From: an uncultured delta proteobacterium
GTDB taxonomy: Bacteria > Desulfobacterota > Binatia > Binatales > Binataceae
Reading direction: 5' to 3'
NCBI GenBank assembly: GCA_963842085.1
Contig: CAWJET010000001.1
Location: forward strand, 1,376,001 to 1,440,000
Length of the DNA: 64,000 nucleotides
Below the pieces are notes generated by a model, which did no database searches, had not been told where the DNA came from, and worked only from the letters and a program-made list of their open reading frames with translations. Positions 19,278 through 29,266 of the stretch are shown here, piece after piece; the first letter of the stretch is position 1, and the number at the start of each line of letters is the position of its first letter. A program made the translations under genes and the position numbers.

Positions 19278-20500
19278 CGCTGTTTCACCATCATGTCGAC
19301 GAACTCGCCGCCACCGTGGCGCCAATCAAGCGGCGGCGATTGCATCTCACCGGGCGCACATACGTACGGTATCCCGATTGCTCTGACCGTGGCGCCTATG
19401 TCGGCGGCTTCCGATTCATTGCCGGCGACCGCCATCGCTTCGATCCGTTTGGACACACCCGCGATGCAATCGCGAAACGCTGCGAGATCGCGCACCGCGG
19501 TCACGTGCACCGTCCTGAAGCCCGGCGAAATTTTGAATGGATCGTTCAAGCCAGGAAGCGGCTCGAAAACCACCGTCCATTCGAGTCCTCGACCCTCAAA
19601 CAGCGCGACCGGCTCGCCCGCAAGCGCACGCCAGCGCGCACGCTCCCGCACTGCACGTATTTCAATAGCATCGCGCAACGGGATACGCGCCGGCGGCATC
19701 GATTCCCCGATACGTTCAAGCGCCCCTGATATTCGGATCGCCAGCTCGCGCGCCGCACCGCCATCCGGACTCACCACGAACACCTGATGGAGCGACAGGC
19801 AGCCCAGTTGCTCGAACAATGCGACGTCGCGCGCGAGCGACTCTGCGACACGGGCAATTCGCGACGGATCGATCCCACCGGGAGCGACTACCGCAGCGCT
19901 GACCCGGCTGCCAAATCCGATTACGTTAGGCCGATGCAGCGACTCGATCGTCGCGTCGTCGCCATACGCCGCCACCAGTTCGCAGTTCGCAATCAACGCG
20001 GCGGTCAGGTCGGTGCGCGCGCGGCTCCAGTGAGAAACTTCGATGCGCGCGCCGGCGTCGGGCTCGATCTCGGCGAGAGTGCGCGCAAACTCCGCAAAAA
20101 ATACCGGCTCGGCCGAGGCGGTTTTGATCAGCACACCTGCGCCCGCCACCAGGGCGATCGCAATCTCATGCATTCCGGCGCCCGCGACGTTGCCCGCGGC
20201 GATGAACCCTACCGTCTGTGGCCTGCCCGTCGCGTCGCAGGCCGAAATTCGCGCCGCAATCGACTTTAATGCGTCGCCAGTGAATGGCCTCAGTAGCGCG
20301 CCGATCGACTCTTCCAGCATCGCGACGGAATATCCCGCCGAGTGCGCGATTGCAGCGACCGCATCGCGCCGGCGCGCGTAATTGCGGTTGCGCCATAGTG
20401 CGAATGCGCGCGCTAGGGCGTCGGCCATCCGCTCCGCGCTCGGCCCGGCATTTTCTGCTACTCGCATTCGCACCGCGCTGGACGCCGGCGTCGCGCTCAT
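19274..20500 (-). CDS. LuxC-like acyl-CoA/acyl-protein reductase
   Basis: AAGNV, AYGDDATI, FGSRVS, DVALFEQLGCLS (catalytic Cys region), GEMQSPP..W.HGG. Confidence 0.8.
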   Translation of the reverse strand: MSATPASSAVRMRVAENAGPSAERMADALARAFALWRNRNYARRRDAVAAIAHSAGYSVAMLEESIGALLRPFTGDALKSIAARISACDATGRPQTVGFIAAGNVAGAGMHEIAIALVAGAGVLIKTASAEPVFFAEFARTLAEIEPDAGARIEVSHWSRARTDLTAALIANCELVAAYGDDATIESLHRPNVIGFGSRVSAAVVAPGGIDPSRIARVAESLARDVALFEQLGCLSLHQVFVVSPDGGAARELAIRISGALERIGESMPPARIPLRDAIEIRAVRERARWRALAGEPVALFEGRGLEWTVVFEPLPGLNDPFKISPGFRTVHVTAVRDLAAFRDCIAGVSKRIEAMAVAGNESEAADIGATVRAIGIPYVCAPGEMQSPPLDWRHGGGEFVDMMVKQR

Positions 20501-21615
20501 CGCAAAGCTCCCGCCGCTTCAGTCGCGGAGAATTGCCCGATCCCGAGTGCGCAGCCGCGAGCTTCTCCACCTGCCCCTCTACCCAGCACGCGAACCCGGC
20601 CCTGCTCGACCCAGCCCAGGTCTTCCGTCATCACGGCGGACACCGAGCCGACGTTGGCCAGATCGAAAAATGTGAGCAGTCCGATCTCACCGTCAGGCAT
20701 CAGCCGCAGCGTGCTCGGATCCCGCGCCGTCACACGCAGCCATGGCGGCCGAATTTTGTACCGGACTTTCGGATATTCTTGCGTATTCGACACGCCCGGG
20801 CAGGTGAACGCCGTCGCGTCGTAGAGCTGCGAGCACAATTCCGTCATCCCGTATTCGTTGATAACCATCGACGGCGCGAGCGCGAGCAATTCTCCCGCCC
20901 GCGCAATCACCTCCGAGGCTTGCATCGCCACGGCCTGCCCTTTCGCCCCGCCGGTATCCATCATCCGCGAACCCGGCGCGAGCCGAAGTTTGACCCCAGC
21001 GTTGCGCAGCTCGGAAAACAGCGCAGCAAAGGCAGCCGTGGTCCCCAGGGTGCAGACCGGTTCGCGCAGCGCCTCGCAGCCGCTAAGAAACGCGGTCGCC
21101 GCTTTAACATCGACACGGTCGCGCGACGCCGCTGCGAGGTGCGTCCGCGTACCGAATTCCTCGATACACCAGCTCACCATTGCTGCCAGCGACGACTCCG
21201 GCATCACGTCCGCCGTCGGATGCATCGCGAGTATCGCCATCCGTCGAGCGTCGGGAAACAGCATCGTCCGCAGATGGGCGATGGCAGAGGCGCGATAAAT
21301 CTCGGGGCGCACGACAATATGACGTCCGCGGCGTTCACGCCCCTGCGTGGTCCCGCTGGTGAGAAACACGCAGGCGTCGGGCGATCGCGCGGCGCCATCC
21401 GCCGCAAGGTCGGCGTACTTGAACGCCACATTGCTGACCGCGGGGACGTCGTCCACGCTGCGCACCGCCCCGGGACCAACGCCGCGCCCCTCGCAATAGC
21501 GCCGATACGCGCCAACCGTCTCGAATTGATGACGAAAAACCTCCAGCGCGAGCCGCTCGAACGACGCGGGCTCGGGCCTGTGGATAAAGGTGAGGACCTG
21601 TTCGTAGATGGACAT
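20497..21615 (-). CDS. LuxE-like acyl-protein synthetase
   Basis: FLTSGTT, DTGGAKG, NEYGMTELCSQLYD, DLANVGS, TEDLG, C-terminal EARGC. Confidence 0.85.
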   Translation of the reverse strand: MSIYEQVLTFIHRPEPASFERLALEVFRHQFETVGAYRRYCEGRGVGPGAVRSVDDVPAVSNVAFKYADLAADGAARSPDACVFLTSGTTQGRERRGRHIVVRPEIYRASAIAHLRTMLFPDARRMAILAMHPTADVMPESSLAAMVSWCIEEFGTRTHLAAASRDRVDVKAATAFLSGCEALREPVCTLGTTAAFAALFSELRNAGVKLRLAPGSRMMDTGGAKGQAVAMQASEVIARAGELLALAPSMVINEYGMTELCSQLYDATAFTCPGVSNTQEYPKVRYKIRPPWLRVTARDPSTLRLMPDGEIGLLTFFDLANVGSVSAVMTEDLGWVEQGRVRVLGRGAGGEARGCALGIGQFSATEAAGALR

Positions 21616-21936
21616 CGGCTTCGCGCAACGGGCCGGGTGCGAATGATCATGGCACCGCCGCCCACGCCCATTCAATCCCGCGTCGGCGTCTCTGGACTAG
21701 GAAATGCCTATATTTACGCGGCTCTCGAAATGTTCTAAGCTTTGTGCCGTTGTTGGGTGGCGGGTAGGCCTCGGCAGCGGCCAGCGGGCCGGGTAGCGGG
21801 GTGTTCGGCAGGTTACAGCGCTATTACTTAATCATTAGTCGCCGGCCTCAGCCTACACTAGGTTGTAACAATTTTGCGCCAGCTGCATACTTTTGCTAAA
21901 CAGGTTACCATCGGCTCGGGGGAGAAACATCGCGAA

Positions 21937-22350
21937 ATGAAAAAATTCGCCGCCGGCGTAATGCTAGGCTTCCTGGCCAGCTGGGCAGTTGCTTTTGCTT
22001 CGTCCAACGTGACGCACAATGGCAATTTCTGGAACCGCCTCAATAGCGCCGCCAAAGACGGTTACGTCAATGGCTATTCCGATGCGATGCGGGTGAGCGT
22101 CGGCAAACTCGACGTGCTTAACTCGGCTGCCGATCTGTTTCATTGGAAGGGCGCCCGCCGCATTATCCATCAGCTCTCGGGGCAGCTTTCGATGGGCGAG
22201 ATGAGTGCGAATCAGGCGGTCAAGCGGCTCGACGAGCTCTATTCGAATCAGAAGTACAGCGAGCTCGACCTCGGCGAGGCGTTGCAGACGCTCTCGATTC
22301 GTGCCAACGAAACTGCGATTCCCAATGCGTCCGTGAAGGGCGCGAAGTAA
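21937..22350 (+). CDS. Hypothetical secreted helical protein
   Basis: Signal peptide MKKFAAGVMLGFLASWAVAFA; GNFW...KDGYVNGYSDAM...LDELY; SD GGAG upstream; terminator downstream. Confidence 0.75.
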   Translation: MKKFAAGVMLGFLASWAVAFASSNVTHNGNFWNRLNSAAKDGYVNGYSDAMRVSVGKLDVLNSAADLFHWKGARRIIHQLSGQLSMGEMSANQAVKRLDELYSNQKYSELDLGEALQTLSIRANETAIPNASVKGAK

Positions 22351-22371
22351 ACACGCTCGATTTTCTGATCC

Positions 22372-22404
22372 GGGGCGGTCTCGTGAGGGGCCGCCTCTTT
22401 TTTT
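22372..22404 (+). terminator. Rho-independent terminator
   Basis: GGGGCGGTCTC-GTGA-GGGGCCGCCTC hairpin followed by T7. Confidence 0.85.
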
Positions 22405-22477
22405 CCGCCGCACGCTTGAACGATCGCGCTTGAAACCGCGAGTCCGCGGTCCTAGCCTAATTCGCGGGATATCCGTC

Positions 22478-23386
22478 GTGAACGCGCCTCCATTTCTGCT
22501 CGAAAAAGTTCTCCGCGCCACCGTCGGCGTTCACTCGCACATCCCCTCGACCCACGTCTCGACCGCAATTGGCCTCGGCACCGACCGCCGCGGCACCGGC
22601 ACCGTCGTCAGCCCCGACGGACTCATCCTCACGGTCCACTACCTGTTGCTCGGCGCGAAAAACGTGATCGTCACGATGCCCGGGGGCGAGCAACTCGAAG
22701 CGAAGATCGTAGGCAAGGACTACAGCACCGGCATCGGCCTGCTGAAGATCGATAGCGGCAATGTCCCCTGCGTCGAAGTCGTGTCGTCGGAAAAATGCGT
22801 CGTCGGGCAGGAGGCATTCACCGTCTCGAGTCTCGGCGGCGAGAAGCGATGCGCCGACTGCGGCGTCATCACTTATCTCGGTCCCTTCGACGCGGTTTGG
22901 GAGTTCGTGCTCGACAAATGCGTCTGCGTCACCGCCTCGTCGCTGAGCATCGGGATGAGCGGCGGACCGATCTGCAATCTCCAGGCGCAAGTGATCGGCG
23001 TTTCATACCTGAACTTCGCCGACCTGAGCCGCGCGATTCTCGGTGTGCCGGGCGAGAGCTTCCTCGCCGTCCGCGACGAACTGGTCAAACACGGCCGGCG
23101 CACCACCGCCGTGCCGCGCGCCTGGCTCGGCGTACTCTCCTACACGCTGCGCGAGCACGTCGTGATCGCGGGCGTGATGCCCGGCGGTCCCGGCGAAAAG
23201 GCCGGCCTGCAGCAGGGCGACCTGGTCATTTCGATCGACGACACCGACGTGAACGACCGCCGCGTGCTCTACGACGCACTCCGCAACCATCGGCCCGGCC
23301 GGAACGTCAATCTCAAGGTCCTGCGCAACAATCGCATTTACCAGCTCGACATCCCCGCCATCCGCGCCGAAGATTACTTCGCCTAA
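22478..23386 (+). CDS. S1C (HtrA-like) serine protease with PDZ domain, no signal peptide
   Basis: GTGTVV...ILTVHY, GMSGGP, WLGV...PG.KAGLQ.GD PDZ. Confidence 0.85.
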   Translation: MNAPPFLLEKVLRATVGVHSHIPSTHVSTAIGLGTDRRGTGTVVSPDGLILTVHYLLLGAKNVIVTMPGGEQLEAKIVGKDYSTGIGLLKIDSGNVPCVEVVSSEKCVVGQEAFTVSSLGGEKRCADCGVITYLGPFDAVWEFVLDKCVCVTASSLSIGMSGGPICNLQAQVIGVSYLNFADLSRAILGVPGESFLAVRDELVKHGRRTTAVPRAWLGVLSYTLREHVVIAGVMPGGPGEKAGLQQGDLVISIDDTDVNDRRVLYDALRNHRPGRNVNLKVLRNNRIYQLDIPAIRAEDYFA

Positions 23387-23410
23387 AATAATTTCAGGGA
23401 GCGTCTCCCG

Positions 23411-24253
23411 ATGAATGAACAGAGATCGCGCCTGCGCGAGTTTCTCGCCCGCCCCGAAATGATCGTCGCGCCATTCGTGTTCGATTGCATCCAGGCGAAA
23501 CTCGCCGCCGCCGCCGGCTTCGAGGCCGTCTACATGACCGGCTTCGGCACCGCCGCCGCGCGCGGATATCCCGACCTGGGACTGCTCACGATGTCGGAAA
23601 TGGTCGCCAATGCGCGCGCGATCGCGCGGTCCGTAAACGTCCCCGTCATCTGCGACGCCGACACCGGCTACGGCAACCCCCTCAACGTATGGCGCACCGT
23701 GCGCGAGTACGAAGACGCCGGCGCGGCGGCCCTGCACATCGAGGACCAGGTGTTTCCCAAGCGATGCGGTTTTCTCGCGGGCAAGCAGGTCATCGCGCCC
23801 GAGGCGATGGTGCCGAAAGTGCGGGCGGCCTGCGACGCGCGCCGCGATCGCAATCTCGTCATCATCGCGCGCACCGACGCGTTGCAGCCCAACGGATGGG
23901 ACGACGTCGTGCGTCGCGCGCGGGCCTACCGCGCCGCGGGAGCAGATCTGGTCTTCGTCGATGGAATCAAAACCCTCGATGACCTGAAGCGCTACTCCGA
24001 GAAGCTCGGTGACCTGCCGCTCGTCTACAACGGCGACCTGCTGCCAATCGACGAACTGAAAAAGTACCCATTCAAAGTCACCATCCACATCGGAACGATG
24101 CTGACCATCTTCGACGCGATGCGCACCGCTATGGCCGAACTGAAGCGCAGCGGCAAACTCAGCGTCGGCGCCGGCTCGAACGTCTTCGAAGACTTCGTCC
24201 GCACGATGGGCGTGGCCGATTATCAGTCACTCGAAAAAAAATACACCGACTAG
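23411..24253 (+). CDS. Isocitrate lyase/PEP mutase family enzyme (PrpB/carboxyPEP mutase-like)
   Basis: DADTGYG, HIEDQVFPKRCG, IIARTDA. Confidence 0.9.
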   Translation: MNEQRSRLREFLARPEMIVAPFVFDCIQAKLAAAAGFEAVYMTGFGTAAARGYPDLGLLTMSEMVANARAIARSVNVPVICDADTGYGNPLNVWRTVREYEDAGAAALHIEDQVFPKRCGFLAGKQVIAPEAMVPKVRAACDARRDRNLVIIARTDALQPNGWDDVVRRARAYRAAGADLVFVDGIKTLDDLKRYSEKLGDLPLVYNGDLLPIDELKKYPFKVTIHIGTMLTIFDAMRTAMAELKRSGKLSVGAGSNVFEDFVRTMGVADYQSLEKKYTD

Positions 24254-24258
24254 ACGCG

Positions 24259-27006
24259 CTACACGTCCTTGAAGGCAGCCTTCTTCCGCGAGGCCTCTAT
24301 CGCGGCCTGGGCCGCCGCCAGCCGCGCGACCGGAATCCGGTACGGCGAGCACGAAACGTAGTCCAACCCGAGGCGATGGCACAGCTTGACGCTGGCCGGA
24401 TCGCCGCCATGCTCGCCGCAAATCCCGATCTTCAATTTCCGGTTCGCCTTGCGCCCGCGCTCGATCGCGATTCGCATCAATTCGCCAACTCCGGCCGGGT
24501 CGAGCTCCGCGAACGGGTCCTTCTTGTAAACTCCGGCGCGAATGTAGTCGGGCAGAAATTTGCCCGAGTCATCGCGCGAGATTCCATACGTCATCTGCGT
24601 CAGATCGTTGGTCCCAAATGAAAAAAATTCCGCGACCGCGCCGATCTGATCCGCCGTCACGCACGCGCGCGGAACTTCGATCATCGTGCCGATCGTGTAC
24701 GCCACCTTGATCCCGCGCTCGGTGAAGACCTCGGCGGCGACTTCGCGAATCTGCTCCGCCAGGATGTCGAATTCCCGGCGCTCGCCGATCAGCGGCAGCA
24801 TGATTTCCGGCATCGCCTTGACACCCTGCTTACGCAGCTCGCACGCCGCCTCGATAATCGCGCGCGCCTGTGCCCGGTAAATCTCGGGGAAGCTGATTCC
24901 CAGCCGCGAGCCGCGATGCCCCAGCATCGGGTTCACCTCGAACAGGCCCTCACGCACCTGCTTCAGATGCTCGAACGTGGTGCCGATTTTAACCGCCAGG
25001 TCTCGCAACTCGCCGTCCTCATGCGGGAGAAATTCATGCAACGGCGGATCGAGCAGACGGATCGTCACCGGCAGTCCGGCCATCGCCTTCAGGATTCCGA
25101 CGAAGTCCTGGCGCTGCATCGGCAGGATCTTCGCCAACGCGCGCCCGCGCTGCACCGCGTTCTCCGCCATGATCATTTCGCGCACCGCCGAGATTCGCTC
25201 GGGATCGAAAAACATGTGCTCGGTGCGGCACAGCCCGATTCCTTCGGCGCCGAAATCGCGCGAGATCTTCGCGTCGTTCGGAGTGTCGGCGTTCGCGCGC
25301 ACTCCCAATTTGCGCACCGCGTCCGCCCACGACAGAAATTTTTTGAAGTACGGCGGCATCTCGGGATCGACCGTCGGCACCCGTCCCTCGATCACTTCGC
25401 CCGCCGCCCCGTCGAGCGTGAGGTACTCGCCCCGCCGCACCACCGCGCCGTTGGCTGACAGCGTGCCCGCGCCGTAGTCGATTTCCAGCGCCGACACTCC
25501 CGCCACGCACGACTTGCCCATCCCGCGCGCGACCACCGCCGCGTGACTGGTCATCCCGCCGCGCGCGGTGAGTATTCCTTCGGCCACCTGCATCCCGTGG
25601 ATGTCTTCGGGCGACGTCTCCAGCCGCACCAGGATTACCTTGCGCCCGGCGTGCGCGACGGCCACCGCTTCATCCGCCGAGAACACCACTTCGCCGTTGA
25701 CCGCGCCCGGCGACGCCGGCAGTCCGCGTGCGATCACGTGCTTTTTGCTCGACGGGTCCAGCCGCGGATGCAGAAACTGCTCGAGTTGTTCGGGCTCGAC
25801 CCGCTTGAGCGCCGTCTTGCGATCGATCAGCTTCTCGTCGGCCATGTCCACCGCGATGCGCACCGCCGCCTGCGCCGTGCGCTTGCCGGTGCGCGTCTGC
25901 AGCATGAACAGCCGATTGCGCTCGATGGTGAATTCCATGTCCTGGGTGTCGCGAAAATGCTTTTCCAGCCGCGCCGAGATCTGGAGCAGTTGTTTGTAAA
26001 CCTGCGGGAAGCTCTCCTCGAGCGTCGGGTATTGCGTCGCACGCTCGGCCTCGCCGATTCCCTGGCGCGCGGCCCATTGGCGTCCCGCCTTCAGGCTTAT
26101 CTGCCGTCCGGTGCGGATTCCCGCGACGACGTCCTCGCCCTGCGCGTTGGGCAGAAACTCGCCGTAGATTCCCTTCTCGCCGGTGCCGGGATCGCGCGTG
26201 AATGCGACGCCGGTCGCGCAATCGTCGCCCAGGTTGCCGAACACCATCGATTGCACCGTGACCGCGGTGCCCCAGTCGCCCGGGATATTGTTGAACCGCC
26301 GGTACGCGATCGCGCGATCGTTGTGCCACGAGTCGAACACCGCGCCGATCGCCATCCACAGTTGCTCGCGCGGATCCTGCGGGATGTCGCGGCCGACGCG
26401 CGCGCGTATCAGCGCGCGGAACTCGCCCACCAGTTCCCGCAAATCATCGACCTTCAGCTCGGTGTCGTTCTTGACCCCGCGCGCCGCCTTTTTGCGATCG
26501 ATAATTTCCTCGAACGGATCCGCATCGTTCTTGTTCTCCGGCTTGAGCTTGAGCACGACGTCGCCGAACATCTGGCAGAACCGCCGGTACGAGTCCCACG
26601 CGAAGCGTGGGTTGCCGCTGATTTCCGCGAGCCCCGCCACCGTCTCGTCGGTAAGCCCGAGGTTCAGCACCGTGTCCATCATTCCCGGCATCGAGACGCG
26701 CGCGCCCGAGCGCACCGACACCAGCAGCGGATTCTTCGCGTCGCCGAACTTGCGCCCGAGCGCCTGCTCGACGCGCGCGACGCTCTTCGCCACGCCTTCG
26801 GTCAGCCCCTTCGGATACTTGTGGCCGTGATCGTAAAAGTAGTTGCAAACGCGCGTCGAGATCGTGAATCCCGGCGGCACCGGCAGCTTCAGCCGCGCCA
26901 TCTCGGCCAGGTTTGCGCCCTTGCCGCCCAGCAGATTGCGCATCTCGGCGCGTCCTTCCGCCGCGCCCCCGCCGAAAAAGTAGATCTCAGGATGAATGCG
27001 ACCCAT
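24259..27006 (-). CDS. ppdK: Pyruvate, phosphate dikinase
   Basis: LGGKGANLAEM, SVRSGA..SMPGMMDT, GGMTSHAAVVARG, GIGLCRTEHMF, FSFGTNDLTQ. Confidence 0.98.
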   Translation of the reverse strand: MGRIHPEIYFFGGGAAEGRAEMRNLLGGKGANLAEMARLKLPVPPGFTISTRVCNYFYDHGHKYPKGLTEGVAKSVARVEQALGRKFGDAKNPLLVSVRSGARVSMPGMMDTVLNLGLTDETVAGLAEISGNPRFAWDSYRRFCQMFGDVVLKLKPENKNDADPFEEIIDRKKAARGVKNDTELKVDDLRELVGEFRALIRARVGRDIPQDPREQLWMAIGAVFDSWHNDRAIAYRRFNNIPGDWGTAVTVQSMVFGNLGDDCATGVAFTRDPGTGEKGIYGEFLPNAQGEDVVAGIRTGRQISLKAGRQWAARQGIGEAERATQYPTLEESFPQVYKQLLQISARLEKHFRDTQDMEFTIERNRLFMLQTRTGKRTAQAAVRIAVDMADEKLIDRKTALKRVEPEQLEQFLHPRLDPSSKKHVIARGLPASPGAVNGEVVFSADEAVAVAHAGRKVILVRLETSPEDIHGMQVAEGILTARGGMTSHAAVVARGMGKSCVAGVSALEIDYGAGTLSANGAVVRRGEYLTLDGAAGEVIEGRVPTVDPEMPPYFKKFLSWADAVRKLGVRANADTPNDAKISRDFGAEGIGLCRTEHMFFDPERISAVREMIMAENAVQRGRALAKILPMQRQDFVGILKAMAGLPVTIRLLDPPLHEFLPHEDGELRDLAVKIGTTFEHLKQVREGLFEVNPMLGHRGSRLGISFPEIYRAQARAIIEAACELRKQGVKAMPEIMLPLIGERREFDILAEQIREVAAEVFTERGIKVAYTIGTMIEVPRACVTADQIGAVAEFFSFGTNDLTQMTYGISRDDSGKFLPDYIRAGVYKKDPFAELDPAGVGELMRIAIERGRKANRKLKIGICGEHGGDPASVKLCHRLGLDYVSCSPYRIPVARLAAAQAAIEASRKKAAFKDV

Positions 27007-27080
27007 GTGAAACCGTCTCCAGTCTCCGCTTCGTTTCGTACACGGAGAGATTTTGAATTTATGCCGGAACCCGGAGCGCG

Positions 27081-28457
27081 CTAGCGCGTCCAGCCTATTC
27101 GATTGCCGATCTCTTCGACCAGCCTCGCTATCGGCACGCGATCCTGCGTCATCGAGTCGCGATCGCGCAGAGTCACCGTGTCGTCTTCCATCGTCTGATG
27201 ATCGATCGTCACCCCGTAGGGCGTGCCGACTTCATCCTGGCGGCGATAGCGCCGCCCGATCGAGCCGGCTTGATCGTAAGCGACCGTGAAATGACGCTTC
27301 AACGCGTCGCGGATCGCGATCGCCTTCTCGGGTTGCCCCGCCTTGCGCAGCAGCGGATAGACCGCAACCTTGATCGGCGCTAGCCGCGGATCGAGCCGCA
27401 GCACGATTCGCTCCTCGTTATCGACCACGTCCTCGTCGTACGCATCGAGCATGAACGCCAGCATCGCGCGGTCGACGCCGAGCGCCGGCTCGATTACCCA
27501 CGGCCGAAAGCGCGTCTTGGTGTCCTCGTCGAAATAGGTCAGGTCCCTGCCGCTGAACTTCGCGTGCTGATCGAGATCGAAGCTGCCGCGCTTCGCCACG
27601 CCTTCCAGCTCGCCCCATCCGAACGGATACCGGAACTCAATATCGGTGGTGCCGCTCGAATAATGCGACAGTTCCTCGCTCGCATGCTCGCGCTTGCGCA
27701 GATGCTCGGCCTTGATGCCGAACTTCACGTGCCAGTTGAACCGGAAATCGACCCAGTAGCGATACCACTTCTCTTCTTCTTCGCGATCGGGACGCACGAA
27801 GAACTCCATCTCCATCTGCTCGAACTCGCGCGTTCGGAAGATGAAATTTTCGGTGGTGATTTCGTTGCGGAACGATTTGCCCTGCTGCGCGACGCCGAAC
27901 GGCAGCTTGACCCGCTGCGTATCCACGATGTTCTCGAAGTTCGAGAAAATTCCCTGCGCCGTTTCCGGCCGCAGATAGACGACCGCCGCCGTGTCCTCGA
28001 CCGGCCCCATGTGCGTCTTGAACATCAAATTGAACTGGCGCGCCGGCGTCAGCTCGCCGCCGCACTCCGGACACTTGCCGCCCTCGATCTTGTCGGCGCG
28101 AAAGCGCTGCTTGCAGTCTTTGCAATCGACCAGCGGGTCGGTGAAATTTTTCAGATGCCCCGACGCCTCCCACGTCCGCGGATGCTGAAAAATCGCCGAG
28201 TCCAGCCCCAGCACGTCGCTGCGGTACTGCACCATCTCGCGCCACCACGCCTCCTTGACGTTGCGCTTGAGCTCGACGCCGAGCGGGCCGTAGTCGAAGG
28301 TGGATCCGAGTCCCCCGTAGATGTCGCTCGTCGGAAAAACAATTCCACGGCGCTTGCACAGGTTGACCAGTTTTTCCATCGTGACCGCGCGTTCGGTCGC
28401 GGGCACTGCGTTTTCGGCGGACAACAATTCCTCCTGAATCGCTCGCAGCGTCGGCAC
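27081..28457 (-). CDS. glyQS: Glycine--tRNA ligase (alpha2 type)
   Basis: DYGPLGVELK, YLRPETAQG, FRNEIT, FRTREFEQME, GSIGRRYRRQDE. Confidence 0.97.
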   Translation of the reverse strand: MPTLRAIQEELLSAENAVPATERAVTMEKLVNLCKRRGIVFPTSDIYGGLGSTFDYGPLGVELKRNVKEAWWREMVQYRSDVLGLDSAIFQHPRTWEASGHLKNFTDPLVDCKDCKQRFRADKIEGGKCPECGGELTPARQFNLMFKTHMGPVEDTAAVVYLRPETAQGIFSNFENIVDTQRVKLPFGVAQQGKSFRNEITTENFIFRTREFEQMEMEFFVRPDREEEEKWYRYWVDFRFNWHVKFGIKAEHLRKREHASEELSHYSSGTTDIEFRYPFGWGELEGVAKRGSFDLDQHAKFSGRDLTYFDEDTKTRFRPWVIEPALGVDRAMLAFMLDAYDEDVVDNEERIVLRLDPRLAPIKVAVYPLLRKAGQPEKAIAIRDALKRHFTVAYDQAGSIGRRYRRQDEVGTPYGVTIDHQTMEDDTVTLRDRDSMTQDRVPIARLVEEIGNRIGWTR

Positions 28458-28993
28458 TAGCCCAGGCTGATTATCTCGGCGGAGACTTCGCCGCCATTTC
28501 CGATTTCAAGTATCGCGACCGTTCCCGGCACTCCGATCAGATTGCGCGGCAGCGTGGCGCTGCCCGGATTGACGACCAGCGTCGCGCCGTATCGCGTCAC
28601 TCCCTCGACGTGGCTGTGGCCCTGCACCACCACGTCCATCGGCCCGCCGAATTGCGTGCGCATCGCGCGCGCGAACACTTCCTCCGACGTCTCGTCCGGC
28701 GTCGGAATCGCGTGCACCAGCCCGATTCGCACGCCCGCAATCTCGACCAGGTGCGCCTCGCGCACGCGCTCGTCAGGGTCGAGCCGATGCCGATGCCCGT
28801 CGAGACCTTCGTCGCCGTTGCCCAGCGCCGCGATCACCGGCGCGATCGCCGACAGCTCGTCGAGCACGCGGTTCACGTACACGTCGCCCGCGTGCATCAC
28901 CAGGTCGATCCCGGCGAAAACCTCGAAAACCCTCGGTGGGAGATGCTCGCAGGCTTCGGGGATATGGGTATCAGAGATCAGGCCGATTCGCAT
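28457..28993 (-). CDS. Metallophosphoesterase (YfcE/MJ0936 family)
   Basis: ISDTH, HAGD, GNGD, GHSH, NPGS. Confidence 0.9.
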   Translation of the reverse strand: MRIGLISDTHIPEACEHLPPRVFEVFAGIDLVMHAGDVYVNRVLDELSAIAPVIAALGNGDEGLDGHRHRLDPDERVREAHLVEIAGVRIGLVHAIPTPDETSEEVFARAMRTQFGGPMDVVVQGHSHVEGVTRYGATLVVNPGSATLPRNLIGVPGTVAILEIGNGGEVSAEIISLG

Positions 28994-29079
28994 TGCGCTT
29001 TGCTGCGGGCGCTCATGCCCGCTGAGCACGAATCGTGAAGCCTATCACGGCCCCGAAGCCCTCGCAATTTTCGGGGTGT

Positions 29080-29159
29080 TGTCATCCTGACCGAAGCGAG
29101 CACCGCGAGCGGAGGGAAGGATCTCGGACAGCTTCGCGCCAGCGAAGCCGGTTCCGGTT
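29080..29159 (+). repeat. Dispersed palindromic repeat, copy A (TGTCATCCTGA...GAAGGATCTCGG family)
   Basis: Closely similar to the copies at 36612, 36678 and the inverted copy at 36829-36910. Confidence 0.85.
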
Positions 29160-29266
29160 CAATGCCCATGGGTGCAAGCAGCAGTGGCCGTTTTCTCAAG
29201 GCTCGTGCTAAGAAACCTAATCATGACGTCACCCGCCGTCGCGCCCGCGGCAGAGGAGAACTCTCG

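Noticed and set aside
21579-21587. Perfect DnaA box (TGTGGATAA)
   Set aside because: Single copy inside the luxE-like CDS; no box cluster or unwinding element, so not called oriC
19274-21615. Bioluminescence (lux) operon
   Set aside because: No luxA, luxB, luxD or luxG in the window; only the reductase and synthetase homologs
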